IMG/VR virus record: IMGVR_UViG_2529292904_000023
DNA: 27,930 bases
Direction: 5' to 3' (one strand)
Source: a virus
Lineage: Duplodnaviria > Heunggongvirae > Uroviricota > Caudoviricetes
Shown: positions 16,833 to 24,921 of the stretch, one piece after another
Position numbering within the stretch: position 1 is the stretch's first letter
How the letters are laid out: every line of letters starts with the position of its first letter
The notes under the pieces: model-generated
What the model saw: only the letters and a program-made list of their open reading frames with translations
The model's database searches: none
What the model was told of the DNA's origin: nothing
Program-made: the position numbers and the translations under genes

Positions 16833-17585
16833 ATGAACCTTGAAGCCTTACCGAAATATTACTCCCCGAAATCTCCAAAACTGAGCGATGACGCACCGGC
16901 GACAGGCTCTGGTGGTTTAACAATTACGGATGTGATGGCTGCGCAGGGGATGGTGCAGTCAAAAGCACCGCTTGGGTTTGCTTTATTCCTGGCAAAAGTT
17001 GGTGTTCAGGATCCTCAGTTTGCGATTGAAGGTCTGCTCAATTACGCGATGGCACTGGATAACCCGACATTGAATAAATTGAGTGAAGAAACCCGGCTAC
17101 AGATCATTCCTTACCTTGTGAATTTTGCCTTTGCTGATTATTCCAGGTCTGCGGCAAGTAAGGCTCGCTGTGAGCATTGTGCTGGTACTGGATTTCATAA
17201 TGTATTGCGCGAGGTGGTGAAACACTCCAGAAGCGGGGAATCTGTTATTAAGGAAGAGTGGGTGAAGGAACTATGTCAGCATTGTCATGGTAAGGGAGAA
17301 GTCAGCACAGCATGCAGAGGGTGCAAGGGTAAAGGTATTGTCCTGGATGAAAAAAGAACCCGGCTTCATGGCACACCTGTTTATAAGGTTTGTGGGCGTT
17401 GCAATGGAAACCGGTTTAGCAGTTTACCAACCACACTGGCGCGGCTTCATGTCCAGAAGCTGGTACCAGACCTGACGGATTATCAGTGGTACAAAGGATA
17501 TGCAGATGTCATTGATAAACTGGTTACAAAGTGCTGGCAGGAAGAAGCATATGCAGAGATACAATTGAGAAAGGTGACAAGATAA
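16833..17585 (+). CDS. Q: Late-gene antiterminator Q (phage 82 / QuuQ-like type)
   Basis: 250 aa directly upstream of the pR'/tR' candidate and the tRNA island; four Cys-x2-Cys pairs (CEHC, CQHC, CRGC, CGRC); GGAGA Shine-Dalgarno. Confidence 0.6.
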   Translation: MNLEALPKYYSPKSPKLSDDAPATGSGGLTITDVMAAQGMVQSKAPLGFALFLAKVGVQDPQFAIEGLLNYAMALDNPTLNKLSEETRLQIIPYLVNFAFADYSRSAASKARCEHCAGTGFHNVLREVVKHSRSGESVIKEEWVKELCQHCHGKGEVSTACRGCKGKGIVLDEKRTRLHGTPVYKVCGRCNGNRFSSLPTTLARLHVQKLVPDLTDYQWYKGYADVIDKLVTKCWQEEAYAEIQLRKVTR

Positions 17586-17616
17586 ATGGTTTTCGCCGAA
17601 GATGACGACATGATGC

Positions 17617-17645
17617 TTGCATTTTTCAAAAAATATGGATAAGAT
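17617..17645 (+). promoter_or_regulatory. Candidate late promoter pR' (-35 TTGCAT, 17-bp spacer, -10 TAAGAT)
   Basis: Located just 3' of Q and about 50 nt upstream of a strong terminator, as in lambdoid pR'/tR'. Confidence 0.4.
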
Positions 17646-17691
17646 TTTCCCAACGATGGGCTTTGTATGTCTACCGTTGATAAGATTTAAG

Positions 17692-17717
17692 AACCCGCCG
17701 ATGCGCGGGTTTTTTTG
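17692..17717 (+). terminator. tR'-like rho-independent terminator
   Basis: CCCGC-cgatgc-GCGGG followed by TTTTTTT. Confidence 0.65.
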
Positions 17718-17896
17718 TACCCAGAATCCTGTGAGCTATACGGAAAGTACACAGAAAGGAAGGTGCGACCACAATTAATAACAAAATCTTAAAAATTGCA
17801 CATGGCACTATTAGTTTTCTAAATATTGTGTATTTTTTGTATTGCAGGATGACCCTGTAACGAAGTTTGCGTAACAGCATTTTGCTCTACGAGTTT

Positions 17897-17926
17897 GCCA
17901 GCCTCCCCCAGTGGCTGGCTTTTTTA
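17897..17926 (+). terminator. Second rho-independent terminator
   Basis: GCCAGCC-loop-GGCTGGC followed by TTTTTTAT. Confidence 0.6.
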
Positions 17927-17948
17927 TGTCTGTAGCGTCAAAGCAGCA

Positions 17949-18047
17949 ATGTCGCTGGGGCGTCGTGCAATTGGCGTTGAGCTGGAGACTGAACGTTTTG
18001 AGCAGACGGTCAGGGAAGTTCAGGATTTAGTCAGTCAGAACGGATGA
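17949..18047 (+). pseudogene. 3'-terminal remnant of a DNA methyltransferase gene (last ~33 codons)
   Basis: Reading frame gives ...SVKAAMSLGRRAIGVELETERFEQTVREVQDLVSQNG-stop, resembling the C-terminal motif region of beta-class N6/N4 methyltransferases; upstream part replaced by the terminator. Confidence 0.4.
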
Positions 18048-18087
18048 TATTGCAGGATTAGTTACGTACCGTTATTATCCTGCGCCC

Positions 18088-18163
18088 GGCCCTTTAGCTC
18101 AGTGGTGAGAGCGAGCGACTCATAATCGCCAGGTCGCTGGTTCAAATCCAGCAAGGGCCACCA
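18088..18163 (+). tRNA. tRNA with CAU anticodon (Ile2/Met type, ileZ-like)
   Basis: Cloverleaf folded by hand: 7-bp acceptor stem, GCTC/GAGC D-stem, anticodon loop CTCATAA, T-loop TTCAAAT, encoded CCA. Confidence 0.85.
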
Positions 18164-18172
18164 TATCACATA

Positions 18173-18249
18173 CCGCCATTAGCTCATCGGGATAGAGCGT
18201 CAGCCTTCGAAGCTGGCTGTGCGGGGTTCAAGTCCCCGATGGCGGTCCA
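18173..18249 (+). tRNA. tRNA-Arg (anticodon UCG)
   Basis: Acceptor CCGCCAT/ATGGCGG, anticodon loop CTTCGAA, T-arm CGGGG-TTCAAGT-CCCCG, encoded CCA. Confidence 0.8.
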
Positions 18250-18262
18250 TTATCAGCATCAT

Positions 18263-18339
18263 GCGTTGTTAGCTCAGCCGGACAGAGCAATTGCCTTCTA
18301 AGCAATCGGTCACTGGTTCGAATCCAGTACAACGCGCCA
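18263..18339 (+). tRNA. tRNA-Arg (anticodon UCU)
   Basis: Acceptor GCGTTGT/ACAACGC, anticodon loop CTTCTAA, T-loop TTCGAAT, encoded CCA. Confidence 0.85.
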
Positions 18340-18626
18340 CACCACACTTATCTGCCCTGACTCTCTTTTGCGGGCTTTTTATTACAGGAAAGACACCGGA
18401 CAGTGAAATGTTAAATGCCTCACAATTCAGGTAGTCGACTGTTGCCTGACATGCTGAGCGTTTGTTAAAAAAATCCTGCATGATGAATCCCCCTGGGCGG
18501 CGGGGCATAATGACAGATGTTTGGTTGCGTATTGTATAGGCAAGTTGCGGATTCTGTCTGGTCATTGCAGAATTCACCGGGAGGCACCCGGCATCATGCT
18601 GTATACAGAGATTAGGCATATATCCA

Positions 18627-18652
18627 GGCTCCTCATCGCAGGAGCCTTTTTA
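18627..18652 (+). terminator. Rho-independent terminator
   Basis: GGCTCCT-catcgc-AGGAGCC followed by TTTTT. Confidence 0.6.
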
Positions 18653-18656
18653 CATG

Positions 18657-18682
18657 CAAAAAAAGCCCGAGTAGGTTCGGGC
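18657..18682 (-). terminator. Convergent minus-strand terminator
   Basis: A-run then GCCCGA-gtaggt-TCGGGC; reads as hairpin plus T-run on the minus strand. Confidence 0.5.
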
Positions 18683-18864
18683 AACAGCATGAGATACTTG
18701 CATTGTCATTTTTATCGTGTGGATTTTAACCAGGGTTTATCAGGCTGCGCAACTGCGTGGCCTTTTTTCATTTCTTGGGCTGTAGTCCCCGTGTGTCATT
18801 CAGGCTTCCGGACTACAGCCCACTCCATATCTGATTTAATACACTATCCCGGCCGGGAGGAATA

Positions 18865-20718
18865 ATGACATTTAAACATTATGATGTTGTCAGGGCGGCG
18901 TCGCCGTCAGACCTTGCGGAAAAGCTGACACACAAACTGAAAGAGGGCTGGCAGCCGTTTGGTAGTCCGGTGGCCATAACCCCTTATACCCTGATGCAGG
19001 CGATTACAGCAGAAGGTGATGTGATGGTCAGTGGTGCAACTGAGCCGGATTGGTACTACGTCATCGTACTGGCCGGGCAGTCCAATGCCATGGCTTACGG
19101 TGAAGGGCTTCCGCTTCCGGATTCATACGATGCGCCCCATCCGCGCATTAAGCAACTGGCCCGTCGTAACACAGTGACTCCCGGTGGTGAAGTATGCGTA
19201 TTTAACGACATCATTCCTGCTGACCATTGTCTGCATGATGTTCAGGATATGAGTACGATTAACCATCCCCGGGCTGACCTGAGCAAAGGGCAGTACGGCT
19301 GTGTCGGACAGGGCTTACATATTGCCAAAAAACTGCTTCCGTATATCCCTAATAATGCGGGGATCCTGCTGGTACCATGCTGTCGTGGTGGTTCGGCATT
19401 CACCCAGGGCACGGAGGGGACATTCAGCGAGTCCACGGGGGCCAGTCAGGATTCGGCTCGCTGGGGAGTGGGTAAGCCGTTATATCAGGATCTGCTTTTC
19501 CGCACGAAGGCAGCATTGCAGAAAAACCCGAAAAACGTTTTGCTGGCGATATGCTGGATGCAGGGGGAATTCGATATGACGAATGCCAGTTACGCCCAGC
19601 AGCCAGCAGCATTTCTTGCAATGGTACAGCAGTTCCGTGCTGACCTTGCCGGGCTGGCGGCGCAGTGTCACGGTGGAAGTCCGGCATCAGTCCCCTGGAT
19701 TTGTGGCGACACGACATACGCGTGGAAACAAGAACACGGTACGCAATATGAAGTGGTATATGGTGCATATAAAGGTAAAGAATCCCAGCAGATTTATTTT
19801 GTTCCCTTTATGACCGATGGTAGCGGAGTTAATACACCGACAAACAACCCGTCAGAAGATCCTGATATTGTCGGGTCTGGTTATTACGGTTCGGCATCCC
19901 GAACGAACAAAAACTGGGTATCATCAAATCGCCCGACGCATTTCAGCTCATGGGCGCGTCGTGGCATTATTCCCGATCGTATGGCAACCGCTATTCTGAA
20001 CGCAGCCGGGCGCACCTCAGCCTTCATCAGTGGTAAGGCACCGGAAATCAAACCCTCGCCCGGCGGCGACACGCCATCGGGTCCGTCTACAGATACGTCC
20101 GTTCGCACAATCTCCCTGCTGCCGACAGCCGGAGAGGCTGCTGCGCAGGGCTGGACCATTAAGGACGGCGGAATTCAGTTGTCGGGTGGTGTATTTAAGA
20201 TCGCCAAGCAGAGCAATAAAACCTGGTCCCTGACGCGCCCGGTGGATGACGCAGTCTCCCTGCTGACACGGGGTGGCAGACTGAGCTGTAAGTTTCGACT
20301 GTCAGGCGCACTGACCAACAATCAGTTCGGTCTGGGAATTTATCTGTATACCGATGTAGCGTTACCTGACGTCGTGGCGATGACGGGTACCGGTAACCCG
20401 TTCCTGATGTCGTTCTTCACCCAGACCACAGACGGCAAACTGAATCTGATGCATCACAAGAAAGCAGGAAACACAAAGTTGGGCGAGTTCGGGAATTACA
20501 GTAACGACTGGCAGACGCTGGAGCTGGTGTTCACCGCCGGCAGTGCCACGGTTACTCCGAAACTGAATGGAGTGGCTGGCCCGGCATTCCAGGTCATAAA
20601 AGACAGTCTGACACTGGGGCTGAATGCGCTGACGCTGACGGATATTACCAAAAATGCAGCGTATGGCGTTGAGATAGAAAGTCTGGTGCTGGAGATAAAT
20701 GCACCGGCATCATCATAA
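18865..20718 (+). CDS. nanS-p: NanS-p-type sialate O-acetylesterase (SGNH/DUF303 esterase with C-terminal extension)
   Basis: VIVLAGQSNAMAYGEG catalytic-serine motif; 617 aa; occupies the position downstream of the tRNA island where Stx phages carry the homolog; GGGAGGA Shine-Dalgarno. Confidence 0.8.
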   Translation: MTFKHYDVVRAASPSDLAEKLTHKLKEGWQPFGSPVAITPYTLMQAITAEGDVMVSGATEPDWYYVIVLAGQSNAMAYGEGLPLPDSYDAPHPRIKQLARRNTVTPGGEVCVFNDIIPADHCLHDVQDMSTINHPRADLSKGQYGCVGQGLHIAKKLLPYIPNNAGILLVPCCRGGSAFTQGTEGTFSESTGASQDSARWGVGKPLYQDLLFRTKAALQKNPKNVLLAICWMQGEFDMTNASYAQQPAAFLAMVQQFRADLAGLAAQCHGGSPASVPWICGDTTYAWKQEHGTQYEVVYGAYKGKESQQIYFVPFMTDGSGVNTPTNNPSEDPDIVGSGYYGSASRTNKNWVSSNRPTHFSSWARRGIIPDRMATAILNAAGRTSAFISGKAPEIKPSPGGDTPSGPSTDTSVRTISLLPTAGEAAAQGWTIKDGGIQLSGGVFKIAKQSNKTWSLTRPVDDAVSLLTRGGRLSCKFRLSGALTNNQFGLGIYLYTDVALPDVVAMTGTGNPFLMSFFTQTTDGKLNLMHHKKAGNTKLGEFGNYSNDWQTLELVFTAGSATVTPKLNGVAGPAFQVIKDSLTLGLNALTLTDITKNAAYGVEIESLVLEINAPASS

Positions 20719-20868
20719 AAAGTGAGCCAGTCAAATGGAAGGTATCGTTAAACTCACCGGTAGTGTCAGTGGGTCGTCTGAGATGCCTGCATGAGTTATC
20801 AGAGCCATCAGTACTTAACTGGTGGCTTTTTTTATTGTTGTCAGCTTCCGGATAACGGGAGACGGGGT

Positions 20869-21084
20869 ATGTACCAGATGGAAAAAATCACAACAGGTGT
20901 GTCATACACCACGTCAGCGGTGGGAACGGGCTACTGGTTCCTGCAGTTGCTGGACAGGGTTTCCCCGTCTCAGTGGGCGGCAATAGGCGTGCTGGGAAGT
21001 CTGCTGTTTGGGCTGCTGACATATCTGACTAACCTGTATTTCAAAATCAGAGAGGACCGGCGTAAGGCCGCCCGGGGAGAGTGA
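20869..21084 (+). CDS. S: Phage-21-type class II holin (pinholin) with a dual start
   Basis: 71 aa, MYQMEKITT... with Met1/Met4 dual-start motif; two TM segments; C-terminal [14 protein letters not shown]; GGGAGA Shine-Dalgarno. Confidence 0.85.
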   Translation: MYQMEKITTGVSYTTSAVGTGYWFLQLLDRVSPSQWAAIGVLGSLLFGLLTYLTNLYFKIREDRRKAARGE

Positions 21085-21087
21085 ATA

Positions 21088-21645
21088 ATGAACCATGAAG
21101 AAATGAATCAGCGCTTCAGTCGCCTGGAAAATGAAATTGCTGAACTGAATAAAAAACTGTCGACGCTGATGCATTCTGAAGATGAAAAAAAACGCCGCGA
21201 TGAGCAGTTTGCTGCGTTTGACGATTATTGTCGGAAAGTGATGAGCAAAAATCTCGCAGAGTGTTTCAGTATTCATAATGATAATTTCAGTGAGCTGGAA
21301 TGGGAGTGTAACCGGCCATCCTTTGTTGTATCCGGTGATGCCGGGAAAATAACCATCTCAGAAAATGGGAAAGTAACACCTCCATCGCACCAGCACAGTG
21401 AGGAGCTCATTGAATTTGCCATTGATTACCTGAAGAACAATAAAAAGCAGGGGCTGATGAAGCGCGTTGGCCGTTGCATGGGATATCTTCAGGTAGCCGC
21501 TGAGATTGAAGCGCTGGCCAGTGGTGCTGATAAGGATGCAATTGTGCGGGAGGCTCTTCTTCGTGATTTTAATACTCCACCCTTTAAAAAAGTGCCGGCT
21601 TACTGGCTTCATCCGGGGCTGACTTATCTTAAAGTGCGTATTTAG
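21088..21645 (+). CDS. Hypothetical 185-aa protein inserted between holin and endolysin
   Basis: ORF 3 nt after the holin stop; N-terminal heptad-like segment (LENEIAELNKKLSTL); no TM segment or recognised motif. Confidence 0.5.
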   Translation: MNHEEMNQRFSRLENEIAELNKKLSTLMHSEDEKKRRDEQFAAFDDYCRKVMSKNLAECFSIHNDNFSELEWECNRPSFVVSGDAGKITISENGKVTPPSHQHSEELIEFAIDYLKNNKKQGLMKRVGRCMGYLQVAAEIEALASGADKDAIVREALLRDFNTPPFKKVPAYWLHPGLTYLKVRI

Positions 21646-21681
21646 TGGGCCAGGGACAGCGGCTGAATATTTAATATATCC

Positions 21682-22215
21682 ATGAACACCAAAATCAAAT
21701 ACGGCCTGTCGGCTGCCGTTCTGGCGCTGATTGCCGCTGGTGCGTCTGCGCCTGACATTCTCGACCAGTTTCTGGATGAAAAGGAAGGCAATCACACCAC
21801 GGCATACCGTGATGGTGCAGGTATCTGGACCATCTGCCGTGGTGCCATCATGGTGGATGGCAAACCTGTCGTTCCGGGCATGAAGTTGTCGAAGGAAAAA
21901 TGCGACCAGGTTAACGCCATTGAGCGTGATAAAGCGCTGGCGTGGGTGGAGAAAAACATCAAAGTGCCATTGAGCGAACCCCAGAAAGCGGGGATCGCGT
22001 CATTCTGTCCGTACAACATTGGTCCCGGTAAGTGTTTCCCGTCGACGTTTTATAAACGAATTAATGCAGGTGATCGCAGGGGAGCGTGTGAGGCGATTCG
22101 CTGGTGGATTAAGGACGGTGGCAGAGACTGCCGTATTCGTTCAAACAACTGCTACGGTCAGGTATCCCGTCGTGACCAGGAGAGCGCGCTGGCGTGCTGG
22201 GGTATCGACAGATAA
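21682..22215 (+). CDS. R: SAR endolysin (T4-lysozyme-like)
   Basis: Weakly hydrophobic Gly/Ala-rich N-terminus (GLSAAVLALIAAGASA); catalytic E-x8-D-x5-T pattern (EGNHTTAYRDGAGIWTICRG). Confidence 0.8.
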   Translation: MNTKIKYGLSAAVLALIAAGASAPDILDQFLDEKEGNHTTAYRDGAGIWTICRGAIMVDGKPVVPGMKLSKEKCDQVNAIERDKALAWVEKNIKVPLSEPQKAGIASFCPYNIGPGKCFPSTFYKRINAGDRRGACEAIRWWIKDGGRDCRIRSNNCYGQVSRRDQESALACWGIDR

Positions 22216-22329
22216 GCAGAATATTTTGCTGAAAAATAAAGCATGGCCACGCGGGCGGATAACATGAAATCCTGCGAACTGGCGAAACGTAAGTGAATAA
22301 AAGTAAAAACCCCGTTTGTTGGCACCAAG

Positions 22330-22364
22330 CGGGGTTTTGTGTTTCCTGACTCCGGAAAAGTCAA
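22330..22364 (+). terminator. Rho-independent terminator between R and Rz
   Basis: 9-bp stem (CCCCGTTTG / CAAGCGGGG, one G-U pair) followed by TTTTGTGTTT. Confidence 0.6.
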
Positions 22365-22374
22365 AGGAGAAAGT

Positions 22375-22512
22375 GTGTTTGATTTTAGCAAACTGATTCG
22401 GGAGATTCGAGTGATGGCTGAAAAATTATCCACCTGGAAGTTCATTCTTATCTGGCTGGTGTTTGTGATTATGGCCTCCGGTTATTTCATCGGTCAGATA
22501 CGCTGGTGGTGA
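22375..22512 (+). CDS. Candidate micro-ORF, 45 aa (32 aa from the internal ATG at 22414), single hydrophobic segment
   Basis: Not in the track; AAAGGAGAAA Shine-Dalgarno before GTG 22375; hydrophobic core [20 protein letters not shown]; stop 1 nt before the Rz start. Confidence 0.3.
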   Translation: MFDFSKLIREIRVMAEKLSTWKFILIWLVFVIMASGYFIGQIRWW

Positions 22513-22513
22513 A

Positions 22514-22978
22514 ATGAACCGCGTACTGTGCGTGGTCATCATTGCCCTGCTGGTGGCCTGTGGTGCGCTTAGTCTGGGGCTGAATCATTACCGTGATAAC
22601 GCCATTACCTACAAAGCCCAGCGCGACAAAAATGTCAGAGAACTGAAGCTGGCGAACGCGGCAATTACTGACATGCAGATGCGTCAGCGTGATGTTGCTG
22701 CGCTCGATGCAAAATACACGAAGGAGTTAGCTGATGCGAAAGCTGAAAATGATGCTCTGCGTGATGATGTTGCCGCTGGTCGTCGTCGGTTGCACATCAA
22801 AGCAGTCTGTCAGTCAGTGCGTGAAGCCACCACCGCCTCCGGCGTGGATAATGCAGCCTCCCCCCGACTGGCAGACACCGCTGAACGGGATTATTTCACC
22901 CTCAGAGCGCGACTGATAATAATGCAAAAACAACTTGAAGGGGCACAGCTATACATTCGAGAGCAATGCCTCAGATAA
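22514..22978 (+). CDS. Rz: Rz i-spanin
   Basis: N-terminal TM anchor, coiled-coil periplasmic domain, 154 aa, Rz1 embedded in the +1 frame. Confidence 0.8.
   Translation: MNRVLCVVIIALLVACGALSLGLNHYRDNAITYKAQRDKNVRELKLANAAITDMQMRQRDVAALDAKYTKELADAKAENDALRDDVAAGRRRLHIKAVCQSVREATTASGVDNAASPRLADTAERDYFTLRARLIIMQKQLEGAQLYIREQCLR
22734..22916 (+). CDS. Rz1: Rz1 o-spanin lipoprotein
   Basis: Lipobox LVVVGC, proline-rich (PPPPP), 60 aa, fully embedded in Rz. Confidence 0.75.
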   Translation: MRKLKMMLCVMMLPLVVVGCTSKQSVSQCVKPPPPPAWIMQPPPDWQTPLNGIISPSERD

Positions 22979-23285
22979 AAACCGGCCAAGGATAATCCGC
23001 TGAAGATTCGCCGGTGGCTAAAGTGTGCCAAGAGTTCAATTTACGCAATTACTCCAGTCGATGCTATGCACCGTCTTTGTGAAGTCAATGGATACCTGAT
23101 TTATTTCTGTGCGCTGTATCGTCGCTGTACTCTTGCATTAATTATGACTGTAGCCTGACGGGGAACTCCTTCTGCACAAGTGTGGGGGAATAATCAAAAA
23201 CGATGCACACCGGGGTTACCGGGTACACATATTTCATCATGCCAGCGAGTCCGGTTCTGGCACGGAAGAAACCGGACGTTATGAT

Positions 23286-23711
23286 TTAGTGCGGAAATAT
23301 TTGTGTAGTGTTCTGAATGTTCTCAGTAAAGAGTAATGAATTATCAAAGGTATAGTAATACCTTTTGTTTTCGTGGATATTTGTAATCCATCTGAAAACC
23401 CCTGCTGTAGCAAGATTTTTCCTGTATTCGTAAAATGATAACTCTCCTGATTTGAATCCTTTTAAGGTGGCTTCTATAAGGCATTTATTTTTTGAAAATC
23501 TTACATTTACAACCTTACCCTGTCCTTTTATTAAAACCGTATTATCGTTTTCAAGAACAAGATGAATATTCTCTGTGGCTAAATAGTAAATGTAATGTGA
23601 GACATTGTGACGTTTTAGTTCAGAATAAAACCAGTGATAGTTTAAATTATTTCGCACTTTATCGAATATTTGTTTAAAAATGGCAACCTGAGCCATTGTA
23701 GTACCTTCCAT
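23286..23711 (-). CDS. AT-rich hypothetical protein, possibly DUF1398 (YbcV/YdfO-like)
   Basis: Antisense to the late operon, downstream of Rz, as for ybcV in DLP12; family call is from memory of synteny, not sequence. Confidence 0.4.
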   Translation of the reverse strand: MEGTTMAQVAIFKQIFDKVRNNLNYHWFYSELKRHNVSHYIYYLATENIHLVLENDNTVLIKGQGKVVNVRFSKNKCLIEATLKGFKSGELSFYEYRKNLATAGVFRWITNIHENKRYYYTFDNSLLFTENIQNTTQIFPH

Positions 23712-23753
23712 GTGATATGAGGGGGCGTAGTCTGCACGATTATCTAAATTGCT

Positions 23754-23987
23754 TCAATCTGGTCTGACCTGTTTTCTGAGCAATTCAGTAATGTCACTCT
23801 TTTCTTTGTTTGCTTCAGGCGAAACTCTTTTTACTGAGCACAGTCTCCGACGGCAGGCTTCAATGACCCAGGCTGAGAAATTCCCAGACCCTTTTTGCTC
23901 AAGAGCGATGTTAATTTGTTCAATCATTTGGTTAGGAAAGCGGATGTTGCGGGTTGTTGTTCTGCGGGTTCTGTTCTTCGTTGACAT
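23754..23987 (-). CDS. Small ribbon-helix-helix-like DNA-binding protein (YlcI/DUF3950-like?)
   Basis: Basic N-terminus, then IRFPNQMIEQINIALEQKGSGNFSAWVIEACRRRL, compatible with a beta-strand plus two helices. Confidence 0.45.
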   Translation of the reverse strand: MSTKNRTRRTTTRNIRFPNQMIEQINIALEQKGSGNFSAWVIEACRRRLCSVKRVSPEANKEKSDITELLRKQVRPD

Positions 23988-24186
23988 GAGGTTGCCCCGT
24001 ATTCAGTGTCGCTGATTTGTATTGTCTGAAGTTGTTTTTACGTTAAGTTGACGCAGATCAATTAATACGATACCTGCGTCATAATTGATTATTTGACGTG
24101 GTTTGATGGCGTAGATGCACGTTGTGACATGTAGATGATAATTATTATCATTTTGCGGGTCCTTTCCGGCGATCCGACAGGTTACG

Positions 24187-24198
24187 GGGCGGCGACCT
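24187..24198. other. cos site, lambda-type 12-nt cohesive end GGGCGGCGACCT
   Basis: GGGCGGCGACCTCGCGCGTTTTCACTATTTATGAG closely matches the recalled lambda left end; about 215 nt upstream of Nu1. Confidence 0.6.
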
Positions 24199-24414
24199 CG
24201 CGCGTTTTCACTATTTATGAGATTTTTTGAGGGGGTGGTTGTTGTTTAATTGTTTGGTATATCTAATTGATAAGTAAGGTGAAAATAAAATAAATACAAC
24301 AACCTTACGATGTGTTTTGATGTCGTCAATGCAAAAAATGTCAATGATATCAAATGGTTTTGCAAAAACACATGGTTGTTGTTTCGCTTTTTATCGATGA
24401 CTTATGGAGAGGAG

Positions 24415-24921
24415 ATGGCCTTTTTATTGAATAAAAGTGATATGGCCTCCTCCATCGGTATCTCTGTTCAGGCATTTGATAAATGGGGCGTTCCTCCTGT
24501 TGAACGTCGGGGGAGGGAAGTTTTATATGACGTTAAAACTGTACTGGAGATAGATCGCGAGCGGCGACAACACAATCAGAGAACACCTGATGACGGGGGA
24601 GAACTGGAGGAAAGGCTGCTTCGGGCCAGAGCTGAACTGACAGAAGAACAGGCTGTAGCTCAAAAACTTAAAAATCAGGTAACCGAAGGTAAGCTCATCG
24701 ATTCAGACTTCTGCGTTTTCGCCCTCAGCAAACTGGCGATGGCATTGTCCAGTACGCTTGATTCCATTCCGTTATCCATGCAGCGACAGTTCCCGGATTT
24801 AACGCCACGTCATATTGACCATCTGAAAACCCTTATTGCAAAGGGGGCAAATCAGTGTGCGCGGGCAGGGGATAAATTACCGGATTTACTCGATGAATAT
24901 ATCAGAGCAACAACTGAATAA
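24415..24921 (+). CDS. nu1: Terminase small subunit, Nu1-like
   Basis: Parallels the recalled lambda Nu1 (EVLYD, FCVFALSKLA, LPLSMQRQFPDL, LKTLIAKG); start ATG 24415 with GGAGAGGAG Shine-Dalgarno. Confidence 0.8.
   Translation: MAFLLNKSDMASSIGISVQAFDKWGVPPVERRGREVLYDVKTVLEIDRERRQHNQRTPDDGGELEERLLRARAELTEEQAVAQKLKNQVTEGKLIDSDFCVFALSKLAMALSSTLDSIPLSMQRQFPDLTPRHIDHLKTLIAKGANQCARAGDKLPDLLDEYIRATTE

Noticed and set aside
18340-18864. Looked for stxA/stxB or remnants between the tRNAs and nanS-p
   Set aside because: No ORF with the size or signal-peptide pattern of toxin subunits; the only track ORF (18521-18865) runs across two terminators and has an implausible composition.
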